Shown piece after piece: positions 35,525 through 46,934 of a stretch of 64,000 nucleotides of DNA; position 1 is the first letter of the stretch, and every line of letters starts with the position of its first letter. The DNA comes from Macrostomum hystrix (taxonomy: Eukaryota > Animalia > Platyhelminthes), in contig CATNEN010000033.1 of assembly GCA_950097015.1 (NCBI GenBank), positions 3,100,001 through 3,164,000 on the forward strand. Direction: 5' to 3'. The notes below the pieces were generated by a model. That model worked only from the letters and a program-made list of their open reading frames with translations. It searched no databases and was not told the DNA's origin. The position numbers and the translations under genes were made by a program.

Positions 35525-38500
35525 CTACCAAGACGCTCTGAAATAGTCAGGAGGTCGCCGCTGCCTTCCTGAGCGACGGGGCCCTCCCTGACACTCGCTA
35601 GCCGCGGGCTCGCGCAGCAACTCCCAGGTGCCAGGGCCGTCCAGCTCCGGGTCGTGGCTCGCGTCAGCGGCTGCTGGAAGGGCCGCCGGCTGGCTCGCCG
35701 GCTGGGTCGCCGGCTGCGCCGCCGGCTGGGTCGCTGCGTTGTCAGTTCGGCTGACGAACGGCTTCATTCGATCATGGTGCACCAATAATTTACGCCTGCC
35801 GTTCTCGGAGCGCACTCGGTAGTTCACGGGGCCGACCTTCTTGATGATGGTGTACGGGCCGGACCACCTGTTCGATAGTGACTTACACTGGCCGCGCTTC
35901 ATCGCCTGGTTCGTCAGCATCACCAGGTCCCCGACCTTAAACTCGACAGTCTCGGCGCCTCGGTTGTAAAACGCGTGCTGAGAGCTTTGAGCTGATTGCA
36001 GATTCGCTCGGACCACCTGAAAGCCGCGTCGGATTCTTGCCTGGATGTCCTCGCAGCTCCTCGGCAGGTCCTGTTGCCCTTGGACACCGAGCAGCAGGTC
36101 TGCGGGCTGTCGCGGCTCCATGCCCCGCAGAACCTTGAAGGGCGACTCGCCCGTAGAGCTGTGCGCCGAGCTGTTGTAAGCCCACACAACGTAGGGTAGC
36201 AGAATGTCCCAGCTGGTCTGGTTCGCTGCGCAGAAAGCTGACAGCATGTTGCCTAACGTTCGGTTGAACCTCTCGACGTTGCCGTTGCCACTGGGATGAA
36301 ACGGTGATGTCCTCGACTTCTCTGTGCCCAGCAGTGCGCAAGTCTCCTTGAACAGCTCGGCCTCGAACTGCCGACCCTGGTCCGAGTGCACGACTTCCAG
36401 AACACCGTGTCGCAGTACCACGGCAGTCACCAGGGCCTCAGCCACCGTCTTGGCGTCGATCTGGCTAAGGGCTGCCGTTTCAACCCATTTTGAGAAGGTG
36501 TCAACAAAGCACAGAATGTAGCGCTTACCAGACGCGGTGGCCGGCAAGGGTCCCTTAATGTCAAGCTGCACGATTGACCACGGTCGGGCAGGCAACGGCT
36601 GCCGCACGAGCTCGGCACGGGCTCTCTTCGGCGCTCCCTTCCGGCGCTGGCAGACCGTACAGCTGCGCACCCAGTCTCGTACGTCTTCGCGCATTTCCGG
36701 CCACCAGGCGCGAGCTTGCAGCGCTCGCAGAACTCGACGTTGTCCTAGATGCCCGGCGCTAGGCAGGTCATGCGCCTGTTGCAGCAGCTCCTCACGCATG
36801 TGCTGAGGAATCACTGGCAGCCCGTTGTGAAGCAGCGCGCCGGCCGGTGACATCGACAGGCCAGGCATCAGTCTGTGAACCGCCGAACTCACAGCAGCAG
36901 GGACCTGGAAGTCGGGCTGTAGCATCGCCTGACGGGCCGCGTGTAGAATCTGGTCCAGGTCTTGCTCTTCCGGCAGGTTGGCGGTCTTAAATTGCACCGC
37001 GGCTGCTCGGCTAAGAGCGTCCGGCACGATGTTCTCCTTGCCAGGCCGGTAAAGGATCTCCAGCGGAAACTCCTGGATGAGCTGCAGCCAGCGCGCCAAC
37101 CGTCCCGCAGGCTCCTTGGTGTTCAGCAGTCCGATGATCGGCTTGTGGTCGGTGAACAACTGGATACGGCTGCTATTACTCAGGTACATTCGAAACTGCT
37201 TGAGACTCCATACCACGGCCAGGAGCTCTCGGTCCGTGGTGCTGTAGTTGCGCTCGGCCTTGCTCAGCGTTCTGGAGGCATAGGCCACCGGCAGATCCTC
37301 GCCGTCTCGCTCCTGGCTGAGCACCGCACCCAAAGCGACGGCACTGCTGTCACAGCTGATGGTAACGGGTCGATTGAAGTCTGGCAGCTGGAGCACGGGA
37401 GCCTGGGTAAGAGCATCCTTCAGCTTGGCTAGTGCTGCCGCATGCTCGTCTGTCCATGCGAAACCCCCAGCGCTTTTCTGTGCCAGATGGTGCAGCGGCT
37501 TGGCGATGTCGGAGAAGTTGGGCACAAACCGGCGGTAGAAGCTCAGCATGCCGAGGATGCGCCGGACGTCCTGGTCCGACCGCGGGTCTGGCATCTGTCT
37601 GATCGCCTCGACCTTCTCTGCCGACGGTGCGATGCCGCTCTCGGAAACCTCGTGGCCCAGGTAGGTGACCTTCCGATAGGCGAAGAAGCTCTTGCCAGGG
37701 TTCAGCTTCAGTTTGGCGGACCGCAGACGCTGAAGAACATTGGACAACGACTGGAGATGACTCCCGAAGTCCTTGTTGAAGATGATGAGATCGTCGATAT
37801 AGGCGATGACCTCCTCCCAGCTGAGCCCTGTCATAATGAGTTCCATCATGCGCTGATAGGTTGCTGGCGCATTGCACATGCCAAATCCCATTTTCCTGAA
37901 CTGCATCAAGCCGCTCGGAGTGTAGAAAGCAGTTAACGGCCGGTCCTCCTCCCTGACTTCCACCTGGAGGAAGCCTTGTCGCATGTCGATGGTAGAAAAC
38001 CAGGTGCAGCCAGCCAGAGAGTCGAGTGCCTGGTGCAAGTGCGGCAGCGGGTGAGCATCCTTGACAGTGAGGCTGTTTAGCGCTCGCCAGTCTACGCAGA
38101 CTCGGATGTCATTGTTCTTCTTCCTGACGATCATGAGATTGCTGGCCCATGGGCTTGAAGACGGCTCGATGACGCCATGTTTTTGCATTTGAGCAAGCTT
38201 CTCGTCCACTTGCTTCCTGAAGGCGTGCGGCACACGACGGGGTCGCTGACGAATCGGATGTGCGCAGTCTTCCAGCTCGATCTTGTGTTGTGCAGCGCCA
38301 CTCGTCCCTACGTCGAATTCGTGTGCCGAGACCACATCGGCGAACTGTGCCAGCAGAGCCTTTAGTCGGTCGCCGTCGACTGCTGGCAGATCCGGGTTGA
38401 TGTTGAATTGGTCCGCAGGGCCTCGCCAGTCGTGCAAGTCCTCGTCCTCCTCGACGATATCGGCGCTCTCGAAGGTTCCGATGTTCTGGTTGGAGTACAG

Positions 38501-39205
38501 CGTGACTGGAGTGCATCCCAGATTGCACACCCGCACTGGGATTCTTCCATCGTTCGAAGACACTGCGAACACTCGGCAGGGCAGCACTCCAGTTTTGTCA
38601 ACGAACTCCTGGGAAGGTTCGAAAATGCCCTGGGCCTGCTTTGTTTCGATTGCCACCTTGACAACCTTCGTCGCTCTCGGCGGCACGACTACAGCGTCTT
38701 GAACTCGGGCGATGAGCACCGTGGGAACCATGCAGCAGGACGACGACGCTCCTCGTTCAGACTCGGTGCTGCTGAACGGGACGGAAGCCTTGTCAAAGGT
38801 AACCGTCTGGGCCTTCTGGTCGATGCTAAATTGCGATGAAGCCATCCTGCTGATGAAGTCCATTCCAAGGATGAAGTCAGGCCGAATTCCTTTCACCACC
38901 AGCACTTCGAGATGGCTGGTCAGCTGCTTGCCCAGTCGCACCGACAGGCTTATACTGCCCAGCAGCTCGAGGGTGGTGCCATCCACCGATACCGGTTTAA
39001 CCTCTGCTGGTTTCAGGTCGTTGCTGACCCCAAGCGATCTCACGGCGATGTCGCTGATAAGAGATGTCTGCGCTCCGGTGTCCAGCAGCCACCGGCACGG
39101 CATGCCATTCGCTAGGCCAGGAATAAAAATAGCATGCAGAACGGGATTGCTCCTGTGGGTTGGTGTGGGTCCCGCACCCGTCGCACCAACCCTTAGAAGT
39201 TTCCC
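35525..39205 (-). CDS. pol: Pol polyprotein (protease, RT, RNase H, integrase), probably expressed by a -1 frameshift
   Basis: LLDTGA protease, YIDD RT, RNase H (CDSS...DRELLAVVW...DALSR), integrase HHCC and QLDIKGP; integrase follows RNase H (Gypsy order). Confidence 0.95.
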   Translation of the reverse strand, partial: GKLLRVGATGAGPTPTHRSNPVLHAIFIPGLANGMPCRWLLDTGAQTSLISDIAVRSLGVSNDLKPAEVKPVSVDGTTLELLGSISLSVRLGKQLTSHLEVLVVKGIRPDFILGMDFISRMASSQFSIDQKAQTVTFDKASVPFSSTESERGASSSCCMVPTVLIARVQDAVVVPPRATKVVKVAIETKQAQGIFEPSQEFVDKTGVLPCRVFAVSSNDGRIPVRVCNLGCTPVTLYSNQNIGTFESADIVEEDEDLHDWRGPADQFNINPDLPAVDGDRLKALLAQFADVVSAHEFDVGTSGAAQHKIELEDCAHPIRQRPRRVPHAFRKQVDEKLAQMQKHGVIEPSSSPWASNLMIVRKKNNDIRVCVDWRALNSLTVKDAHPLPHLHQALDSLAGCTWFSTIDMRQGFLQVEVREEDRPLTAFYTPSGLMQFRKMGFGMCNAPATYQRMMELIMTGLSWEEVIAYIDDLIIFNKDFGSHLQSLSNVLQRLRSAKLKLNPGKSFFAYRKVTYLGHEVSESGIAPSAEKVEAIRQMPDPRSDQDVRRILGMLSFYRRFVPNFSDIAKPLHHLAQKSAGGFAWTDEHAAALAKLKDALTQAPVLQLPDFNRPVTISCDSSAVALGAVLSQERDGEDLPVAYASRTLSKAERNYSTTDRELLAVVWSLKQFRMYLSNSSRIQLFTDHKPIIGLLNTKEPAGRLARWLQLIQEFPLEILYRPGKENIVPDALSRAAAVQFKTANLPEEQDLDQILHAARQAMLQPDFQVPAAVSSAVHRLMPGLSMSPAGALLHNGLPVIPQHMREELLQQAHDLPSAGHLGQRRVLRALQARAWWPEMREDVRDWVRSCTVCQRRKGAPKRARAELVRQPLPARPWSIVQLDIKGPLPATASGKRYILCFVDTFSKWVETAALSQIDAKTVAEALVTAVVLRHGVLEVVHSDQGRQFEAELFKETCALLGTEKSRTSPFHPSGNGNVERFNRTLGNMLSAFCAANQTSWDILLPYVVWAYNSSAHSSTGESPFKVLRGMEPRQPADLLLGVQGQQDLPRSCEDIQARIRRGFQVVRANLQSAQSSQHAFYNRGAETVEFKVGDLVMLTNQAMKRGQCKSLSNRWSGPYTIIKKVGPVNYRVRSENGRRKLLVHHDRMKPFVSRTDNAATQPAAQPATQPASQPAALPAAADASHDPELDGPGTWELLREPAASECQGGPRRSGRQRRPPDYFRASW

Positions 39206-40019
39206 TGGGCCTTGGATGGGCAGACGGAGGCTTTGTGCCCCTTCCCTGAGCATTTGTGACAGATGATTGGGCCCAGCTTCTTCTCGCGCTGGCGACAATG
39301 AGCTGCCAGGTGCCCGGGCTGACCGCAGCTGAAGCAGGCGCCTGCTCGTTGGTGCCGGCGTCGCCGAGGATCGCTGCCTGGCTGCACGCTGACCCTGGCG
39401 ATGAGCTCCTCCATGCACCGCTCCAGCCGATCGAGGCGGTCAGATGTCGCATGAATTTCCGTAGTAGTGGCGCCAACAGCCTTGACTGCTGTAACTGATG
39501 GTCGCCCTACCAGACCTTCCAGTCGGGCTGCTCGCTGCAGCATAGACTCCAGGCTGCAAGTCTCCGCGTCCTCTGCCTTTAAAAGGCTGTCGCGGATGTC
39601 AGGATTGAGCAGGTGCAGAAGCTTGAAACGCACGTCCCGATCTCGCTGCTGTGTTGAATCGTTCGGCCTGGCCTTCTGATGAAGCAGCCTCAGGTTAAAG
39701 CACAGCTCGCGTAGCGTCTCGTTCTCTCCGCGCTTCCTTGCGTGGAATGTGTTCATGGCCTTGAAGCTGTCAGACTCGCCACCATAAAATTTTGTAAGCG
39801 CGGTTTCAATTTCCTTGTAGCTCTTCTGCTTCGTCGGCTCGAGATCCCAGACGATCAGTTGCGCCTCTCCAGTGAGCAACAGTTTGACTTTTGACGCCGA
39901 TGTTTCGTCGTCCCACTTTGCATCCTGGCTGAATTCCTCAAACATACGCAGCCATCTTCGCACGTCAGTGTCGTCTGTGCCACTAAACTTTGGCGGCATA
40001 AGTGCATTTGAGTAGGCCA
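39193..40019 (-). CDS. gag: Gag with two CCHC zinc knuckles (probable start MAYSNALM; the listed ORF extends into the LTR)
   Basis: CFSCGQPGHLAAHC and CHKCSGKGHKASVC; PPKFSG motif. Confidence 0.9.
39199..39205 (-). promoter_or_regulatory. -1 ribosomal frameshift slippery heptamer G GGA AAC
   Basis: X XXY YYZ pattern in the gag frame just before its stop; a -1 slip enters the pol frame (GKLLRV). Confidence 0.8.
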
Positions 40020-40052
40020 TTAGAGCTCTGGGTTCTAGCTCGCTGCCACCAA

Positions 40053-40263
40053 TGTAAGAGCCGGCGAAATTTAGATTGTCAGAAAGTACGCACGAGTTTA
40101 TTTGGCATAACGATATACGAGCAGGGCAGTGATGAGTACGATGAATAATAAAATAGGCTAAAGCCAGCCCCACCCCCAAGCGGGTGAAAGGCCGACGCCA
40201 TGTACATTTAGACCAATCAGACAAGACGAGCCAACGCACAACACACCATGCAGGAACCCCACA
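40053..40263 (-). repeat. 5' LTR of the Gypsy element
   Basis: Direct repeat of 35177-35394, followed on the minus strand by the PBS. Confidence 0.95.
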
Positions 40264-40909
40264 GTGCAAATGTATCTTCACCCGCACATATTTTAACTCT
40301 TTCTCAGCTGTCGCATAGATTGCATTGGCCGGTTCATAGCGCATCGAGGGTGCTTCTAGCAGCTACCTAGTTTGCAGCGCGGTGTTCCAAATGCTGAGTA
40401 TAGCGCTAATGAGTTATGCTTATTATTACGGCGCACTCAAGAATGGCTGCAACAGCACCGGTCAGCAGAAGACTATAAGGCTGTCTTGTTCGTGACTGGT
40501 ATAAGAGAGGATGAAGCACAAGACATCATCGAAGTGCTAGAGCTTTTTGAGACCGCCCAAGCTGAACTCCAGCTCATCATACATGGAGTTCGCTACTGGT
40601 ACATCGAACAATGAATGCTGTAAAATACAGAATTTATACAGAATTTTATGTATTATAGTTTACACGTTTATTTTTGCTCTCGCGACTTTGCAAATCAGAC
40701 TAATTGTAGAATAGCACGATTATTTGTTCAATCAATGAAATTTTACATATATTTATACTTTATATATATGTATTGGTGAAATTTAATAATAGCCGTATTA
40801 ATAATAACCGATTGACTAGCTGCACACATCTGTGTTCGCGTATTAATATTTTATTACTGACTGATCTCATCAGTCAACTGATTATGGTTAAATAATGGTA
40901 AACGCGACT

Positions 40910-42134
40910 ACAAAATAACATCTAACATGTTGCATCATCAGCCCGCTGTAGATGTAAGCGGAATCCGCAGCGTCGCGTCGGTGGCCAACCAGCTCAGCCA
41001 GTGGCAGTGGCGGGAGCAGCGGCAATGGGCGAAGTGGTCCAGCTTGAACAACTGGATCCACTACCAGCTGTGGTCGGCGAGATTGTCGACTATATGCACG
41101 AGCGCTACATTGCCCGTCGACTGCCAGCAGCAGAGCAGCCAGCAGCAGAGCAGCCAGTAGCAGAGCAGCCAGTAGCAGAGCAGCCAGCAGCAGAGCAGCC
41201 AGCAGCAGAGCAGCCAGCAGCAGAGCAGCCAGCAGAAACTATCATCATAGAAGATAGCGCAGATGAATCAGGCATCATCTATGCAACAAGTTATAACGAG
41301 CCTGCTGAACATGTGAGCCAAGCGGACAGCTTGTCAATTGGATCAGTACGGCATCCAATTTGTACATCTACTCCGCTTAATCACAATGCGATTGAAGCAG
41401 CAGCAGAAACAATCCAATCGGATCACTCGCCAGTACCATCGCCATCAATGCCAATGTTGCAAATTGAGCCAATCGGATCACCAGCGATGCCTATGTTGCC
41501 GATTCCAACTGTCGAGGTGCCGTATTTCGTTCCGGTGCCGCTACCTGTTTTTATTCCTGTCTGTGCGCCAAGAGTAACAACAGCGACAGTTGGTGTCAGT
41601 GCACAAAACAGTGTGACCGATGTTTCAATCGAAGCCAATGTCAGCACGCAGTCAGTGTGTATTGGTACATCATCCGGTCACGGTGATGACATTGAAATGG
41701 CGCAGATTCTGCTCGACTTGATGCAACCTGCCGCTATGCAAGTTCTGTCTACCAATACGGATTGTGTTGCTGCTGCTGCTCGATCAGATTTCGCTGCCAA
41801 TTCCGAAGCAAGTCACATCGATGATATGTTTGATGTCGCAATGGAGATCATCATTGCTGATGTCAACAACGTTTTGGATGAACGGCTATCCGGTGTGACA
41901 TTGCCGCAAGGAGATGCCGATGCCGCAGCAGAATTGATTCTGACCGCCGACCTTGACGACGATGTCGCAATGTCAATAAGTGATGTGCAGTCATTGCAAT
42001 CTACTATACCTGCGACTGATGCTTTGCATGCATCTAGACGCTCGTATTGTATATGCACACACAATATATTGACTACGACAGTGTCAAGACACGGCCGATT
42101 GATCAAGGCGCGACAATGTCTGTGCGGCAATTGA
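40910..42134 (+). pseudogene. Gene F copy lacking its N-terminus (377-aa open frame 41001-42134)
   Basis: Joins module sequence at ~40908 within the second Zn-finger-like region; AEQP repeat expanded. Confidence 0.6.
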
Positions 42135-42689
42135 TTTCGTTCAATTCAATTGGCTCGGCGTGCAACTCAGATTGGGCTGCTTTGTCTGTCTACTGGCTGA
42201 TTGGCTGGCTGGCTGGCTGGCTGGATGGCTGGCTAACTGAATAATCGACTCACTTGTAAATAAATTCAGACTGAGCTTGATTTAATCGATTGATTTAATA
42301 TATGTTGATATAAGAATAAACTAAAAAATATAAACTTTTACGCGATTTGATTCTAAGCGATTTGATTCCACTACTATCTATTCTTATTACATCAATTTTA
42401 GTTTTAAGTCTACTTCATTATTCTCAGGTTTTGCGCAATATAAATACAAACATAATATATCAGACTGATCGATTATGATTACGTCGGTTTTGTATAAGTA
42501 AGTCTCAACGCCAATGTCCACGACATAACCACCAGTCAGTTCATATTCTTTAAATGATAAAATAAATAACCAAGATAAGAAGTTGCGTACTATTACCGAT
42601 TAAACAAATAACAAACACTAAATTATTTTTATATTTTATTTATTTATATTTTAAAACGGATGACCGGGTGCAGAGCAATGCTGACTGCT

Positions 42690-42777
42690 CACATTGCCCT
42701 CAGGCCGCACTTTAGCCAGCTGAAAGTCTTCAGAAAAAAACTGAAATCTGGCTAACGTGCGGCCAGAGGGCAGTGTG
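42690..42777. repeat. Branched hairpin H2, copy 4
   Basis: Homologous to 8061-8148. Confidence 0.85.
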
Positions 42778-43076
42778 TTGAGCATTAGCCAGCAGATATC
42801 TTAGCAGCTTCCGTTGAAGGACGCGAAAATACATTCTACTGTTCAACCAGTATGTGACATGTCGCAGTATGTGAACCACGGAACCGTCACACCGAGTCAC
42901 TATACACTACAATACCGTAGCAGTCCGGTGTGACGATACTGTCTTCCATAAGAGCCTTCTTACCTTTTTACCACTGCCACAATATGCACAGATCTCAAGT
43001 AGTCAACGATCATAGTTGTTTTGACTTAAGAATACGTATGTACTTTCGCGAAAAAAAATTTGGCAGTGCGCAAATA

Positions 43077-43910
43077 TAGCTTTTTGCAAATGAATTCAGC
43101 CTATCTGCAAAAGCTTTCAGCCAGCCAGGGCCAGCCCATTGAGTGGAAGCCAGAATTCCCCATAGACAATTGGCTCATCCCGCAGAACAATTCAGCCAAT
43201 CTGCAATATAATTCGTCCAATGCCAATTTTTAACTGCATGCAAACCAATACAAAATAACTCTGTAACTCTGTAACTATGTAACATGGGCTCCAACATTGA
43301 AAAATATAAAAACAATTGGTAAGTTCTTGAGTTCATGAATTATAGCAAAATTAGAAAAGAATGTCTTCGCGGTTCAAGCACCGTCCGTAGTAGCGAGTGG
43401 TGTGATGGCTCCACTGCATGCATTTCTCCCTGGTAATCACCGGCAGTGCAGCCTCCACCTCCCGTTTGAGAATGAGCATTCGCCAAGCATGCAGAGTCAG
43501 ATTTGCCGCAGCTGGCCCATTTGCAATCTCCTGCTGCATATTGGGAGCCGACAGAGTTCGCTTGACTGCAGCCTTGACGCATGAACCGGCGCACTCAGCA
43601 GGGTTGAGAAATGGAGAGTAAGGTTGAGTAATGAAAGGTTTTGCGGCTTTGTGGGTAGCAGAAGCAAGTTGTCTATGGCAGAAAGCACCCTACGTAACTT
43701 TTCTCACTGGAGTTCTATGGGGGACTGCCACTGCGACAAACAACGTTAAGTTGACTGGCTGAAAGGTTTTGCGGATAGGCTGAATTGATTTGCAAAAAGT
43801 TCTGCGGGATGAGCCAGTTGTCTATGGGGAATTCTGGCTTCCACTCAATGGGCTGGCCCTGGCTGGCTGAAATGTTTTGCAGATAGGCTGAATTCATTAG
43901 CAAAAAGCTA
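43077..43910. mobile_element. Non-autonomous TIR DNA transposon (MITE-like), 834 bp
   Basis: ~112-bp TIRs at 43077-43188 and 43799-43910 (TAGCTTTTTGC...). TA duplication relative to the empty site GCGCAAATACTAATT seen at ~19935. Confidence 0.9.
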
Positions 43911-44712
43911 TACTAATTATAGATGAAATGTCTGGCTATATTCGCGAAAATAACATAGATATAGCCACGCTACTTAAAGAACTTTTGCAAAAATACTGCA
44001 TAAAATATGAATTATATGCAGCCGTTTTTTGTGTCTATGGCCGTTTTTTCGAAAGAAAAATTTGGATGCGAAGAACATAAAAAATCGCGAAAAATCGAGC
44101 TGTACCAAGCAGATATGTCTTTGGTAAAATACGCACAATTTAATGCACTACATACCTATAGTCTGCACGTTTTAATAGTGCGTCTTGTAATATCTTATAT
44201 CTAGCGATACGAAAATGTGTAATAATTTATTCGTCGTTTGTACTTTACTTTCTCAAACTTATCCAACTAACTTATATCGCTGTATAATGTACGATAACAG
44301 TTGTATTATTGCACGCCTACAATTTCATATAATAAACGAATTCTAAGCTAAGAAACAAAATAAATGTAACAAAAAATTACTATATTAGTCTTCGTATTTT
44401 TGTGGCATGTTTATTGGTCTGGGATAATCCAAGCATTTAGGGCATTTTAAAAGTAAATTGAGCATTAAATAGTGAATTAGTGAATAGTGAATAGTGAATT
44501 AAATAGAGAATTTTCCTTAACAAAAAATTCGTTTCTTTTTGTTTGTCAGATAATCAGATTAATTGATCAGTATAATCAGTATATCAGCACTAATCAGTAT
44601 AATTGATAGTCAGATAATCAAATCAATAGGTTTCTTGTTCATATTGAGCGCATTATATTGTTTGTCTTTAATCAGTTTGCTTCATTTTAATACAGCAGCA
44701 GACGATGCTCGA

Positions 44713-45114
44713 TCATAGGACACCCGGCTGCGGGATGAAAGATGGGTTTTAGGTTTCATTTAGTTTGTTAGCTCAGATGTTACCATGCAGATGTGTAGCA
44801 GCAGCAGTCGACAGTGCATGCAGATGTGTTCATAATTATTCAAATGAAAAGAATCGAAATCTACTACTCACATAGGGGTCCAGGCCCGCAGCTATGCGGC
44901 GGGCCCTGGCCATGCGTAAAAAGGCCGCCCTGACCCGCCGCATAGCTGCGGTAAGATGTTCTTCCGCCCGGCGCCGTCCCGGCGTCCAGGCCTCCGCCGC
45001 CGCCACCTCCATGGCCGCCTCCATCGCCTCCGTCATCGCCTTCTTTAATGCGGCGGCGGCGGAAGCCAATACATGTTGCCGGAACGCAGGTGGGAAGACT
45101 GGGAAGGTTGACAT
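44713..45114 (-). CDS. Gene B copy 5; exons 45114-44872 and 44727-44713
   Basis: MSTFPVFP...LDPY|PGVL*. Confidence 0.75.
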
Positions 45115-45343
45115 GGTCTGCGAAGTATGATTTTTTTTCCAATTGTGAAGTTTGGTTGTGGTCTGATTTCTTGGCCGATAAAGATTTCTAGTTCTTAATA
45201 CCCAGACTGGCCTGTATTCATTTGATTTGTCTGTGGACTGACTCACCTGTGTTTGATAAATATACTCTATGGGGACTTTAATTAAAGTTTAGAAATTAAA
45301 AAAAAACTATTTTTGCTTTACTTGATTTACTTACTGACCGAAC

Positions 45344-46467
45344 ATGTCGTTAATTGCCGATCAGATGCAGTTAGCACAAATATATCTTCAGCCGCACGTA
45401 TTTCAACTCTTTCTCAGCTGTCGCATAGATTGCATTGGCCGGTTCATAGCGCATCGAGGGTGCTTCGAGCAGCTACATAGTTTGCAGCGCGGTGTTCCAA
45501 CTGCAGAGTATAGCGCTAATGAGTTATGTTTATTATTACGGCGCACTCAACAATGGCTGCAAAAGCACCGGTCAGCAGAAGACTATCAGGCTGTCTTGTC
45601 CGTGACTGGTGTAAGAGAGGATGAAGCACAAGACATTGTGACGTTGTCACTTGTTGAAGGCGCCCCTGCGATATTACTCTATGCGTTGCTTACATGCTTA
45701 ATTTCCTAATTATGTACTAGCTTGGGCCGTTTTAACTCATCGTATAATATCATCCAATTCTGTTAATTTATTTTATTAAGTCAAATTATTAGCGCGCTAC
45801 TGTCAGTAACCATAAACGCATATCGCGCCATTCTAGCTATTTCTTACGCGTATCTTAATGTATTTCCCCCCCGGCCAATGAGCGTGCGAGCTCTGGTTGG
45901 CCGGAAGTATCGATCGCTATGTTTTTCAGTTAGCCTAGTTTACTTAATCAAGGGCTTCAGGCCCGCTCGCGTCTCACTTTCCTTCCCGCTCGCGCTTCAC
46001 TTTCTTAGTTCAGTCGTTCGCACTTCAGTCAGTCATTCCTAGTTCTGTCGTCATTCATTCTTTTCTCACATTCTTTCTACCTGTCTACGTTTCGTGCTGT
46101 GCCATCCTCTCACTACACTCCTACATTCGGTTCTATTCGTGTCCAACCATCACCATTAACGAGCTCCTACGCCTTACATAACGCCCTGCTTGTCGACGTC
46201 CCAGTGCACCCAGAATAAAAGTGCTACCGCTACATCACAGACATTACTGACTTTGAATTGCCAAACTTACAATTGCCGCCGCATTGACTTCGACTTCGTC
46301 CTTTGTGTTTTAATCGTCACAACATCATCGAAGTGCTAGAGCTTTTAGAGGAAGCCCAAGCTGAACTCCAGCTCATCATACATGGAGTTCGCTACTGGAT
46401 GACTATTCAACAAAGGGAACGTCTAAGAGCGAGGCTTCGGGAACGGCAAAATGTGATCGAACAATGA
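45344..46467 (+). pseudogene. Gene C copy 4 (long variant), interrupted by a solo LTR
   Basis: The reading frame resumes (IIEVLELLEE...VIEQ*) after 46325. Confidence 0.8.
45637..46321. mobile_element. Probable solo LTR, 685 bp
   Basis: TGTGACG...CGTCACA ends, 4-bp TSD ACAT and AATAAA at ~46214. Confidence 0.8.
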
Positions 46468-46934
46468 ATATTTCAAAATATAGAATTTATACAGAATGTT
46501 ATGTATTATAGTTTACACCTTTATTTTTGCTCTTGCGACTTTACAATGCAGACTGTACCACTAATTGTACAATAAAATGATTTAGATAATTTAATTAAAT
46601 TTAAATAATAAATGGCGAAATTTAAATAATAACCGATTGACTACCTGCACACATCTGTGTTCACGTATTAATATTTTATTACTGACTGATCTTATCAGTC
46701 ATCTGATTATGGTTATTGGTGATAGTGACGGCAAACTGTCTTATACTTTGAATATACCACGTAAGTGAACGAGAGCTAGTGTATGTAAAAGTAGTTTAAA
46801 ACTTTTCCAGGCATCATGCACTGTCGAGTTGAAATACTCTGATGTATTAATCAAATACATGAAACTTCTAATTATATTAATCAGTTAATTAATTTCATTA
46901 TAAGCAATGACAACAGTGCTTAACAAAAGAATTG

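Larger units (their letters stand above)
35177..40263 (-). mobile_element. Full-length Ty3/Gypsy LTR retrotransposon
   Basis: Near-identical TG...CA LTRs at 35177-35394 and 40053-40263 (I saw one substitution and one 7-bp indel). 4-bp TSD GTGC, PBS TGGTGGCAGCG (tRNA-Leu-like), PPT CTTGGGGGAGAGTAA, and gag and pol ORFs. Confidence 0.97.
35143..40614 (+). pseudogene. Gene C copy 3, split by the Gypsy insertion (35143-35176 plus 40264-40614), also carrying a nonsense codon
   Basis: MSFIAHQMQLV resumes after the element, and TTC GAG has become TTC TAG. Confidence 0.8.
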
